Source: Tubiluchus corallicola
Lineage: Eukaryota > Animalia > Priapulida
Direction of reading: 5' to 3'
Length of the DNA: 7,867 nt
Assembly (NCBI GenBank): GCA_030141605.1
Contig: JAQGDQ010002221.1
Location: 1-7,867 of the forward strand
The position numbers and the translations under genes are program-made. Below, piece by piece: positions 7,746-7,867 of this stretch (position 1 is its first letter; each line of letters begins with the position of its first letter). The notes under the pieces are model-generated. The model ran no database searches. It saw only the letters and a program-made list of their open reading frames with translations, and was not told the origin of the DNA.

Positions 7746-7867
7746 ACTTCTTCTGCACCTTTTCCTTCAGTTATTTAACTATTTGGGCTAATTGTTGTAA
7801 ACGATATCGTTCTTAACAAGTGCGTAAACAGCCTTCAAAATATTATAAAGATGTTAAGTAAAAATTA

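Larger units (their letters stand above)
7093..7867. repeat. Right arm of the long inverted duplication (partner 5639-6413); runs to the window edge
   Basis: Reverse complement of 5639-6413, including upstream DNA, globin exon 1 and the start of intron 1. Confidence 0.97.

Noticed and set aside
5639-7867. Inverted arms as terminal inverted repeats of a DNA or foldback transposon
   Set aside because: The arms consist of host globin sequence, the spacer has no transposase, and the outer ends and TSD are not visible. Not fully excluded.
1-7867. Prokaryotic systems (CRISPR array, retron, operon)
   Set aside because: No repeat-spacer array or operon structure. Spliceosomal donors, a LINE and low coding density indicate animal nuclear DNA.

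Overview
AT-rich animal (invertebrate-like) genomic DNA; nothing prokaryotic is visible. (1) Positions 1-~2082 on the minus strand are part of a CR1/L2-group non-LTR retrotransposon. It has the C-terminal half of an SGNH-esterase-type ORF1 and an uninterrupted ORF2 (missed by the ORF track because it runs off the window). ORF2 carries a variant 2A-like/StopGo peptide (GCTETNPGP) in front of an intact AP-endonuclease domain. (2) There are three first coding exons of N-acylated globin X-like (GbXL-type) genes, each starting MGC and ending at the ancestral globin B12.2 intron (AA|GTGAGT). Two lie in tandem on the minus strand with no recognisable exon 2 or 3 between them, which suggests alternative first exons. 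The third is a head-to-head copy within an apparently perfect inverted duplication with arms of at least 775 bp around a 679-bp spacer; the spacer holds a perfect NRF1-type palindrome. (3) A cluster of seven perfect AGGTCA half-sites (DR5, DR8, DR0 spacings) and a tRNA-SINE-like remnant lie in the intronic DNA. All calls come from manual reading; no database searches were run.
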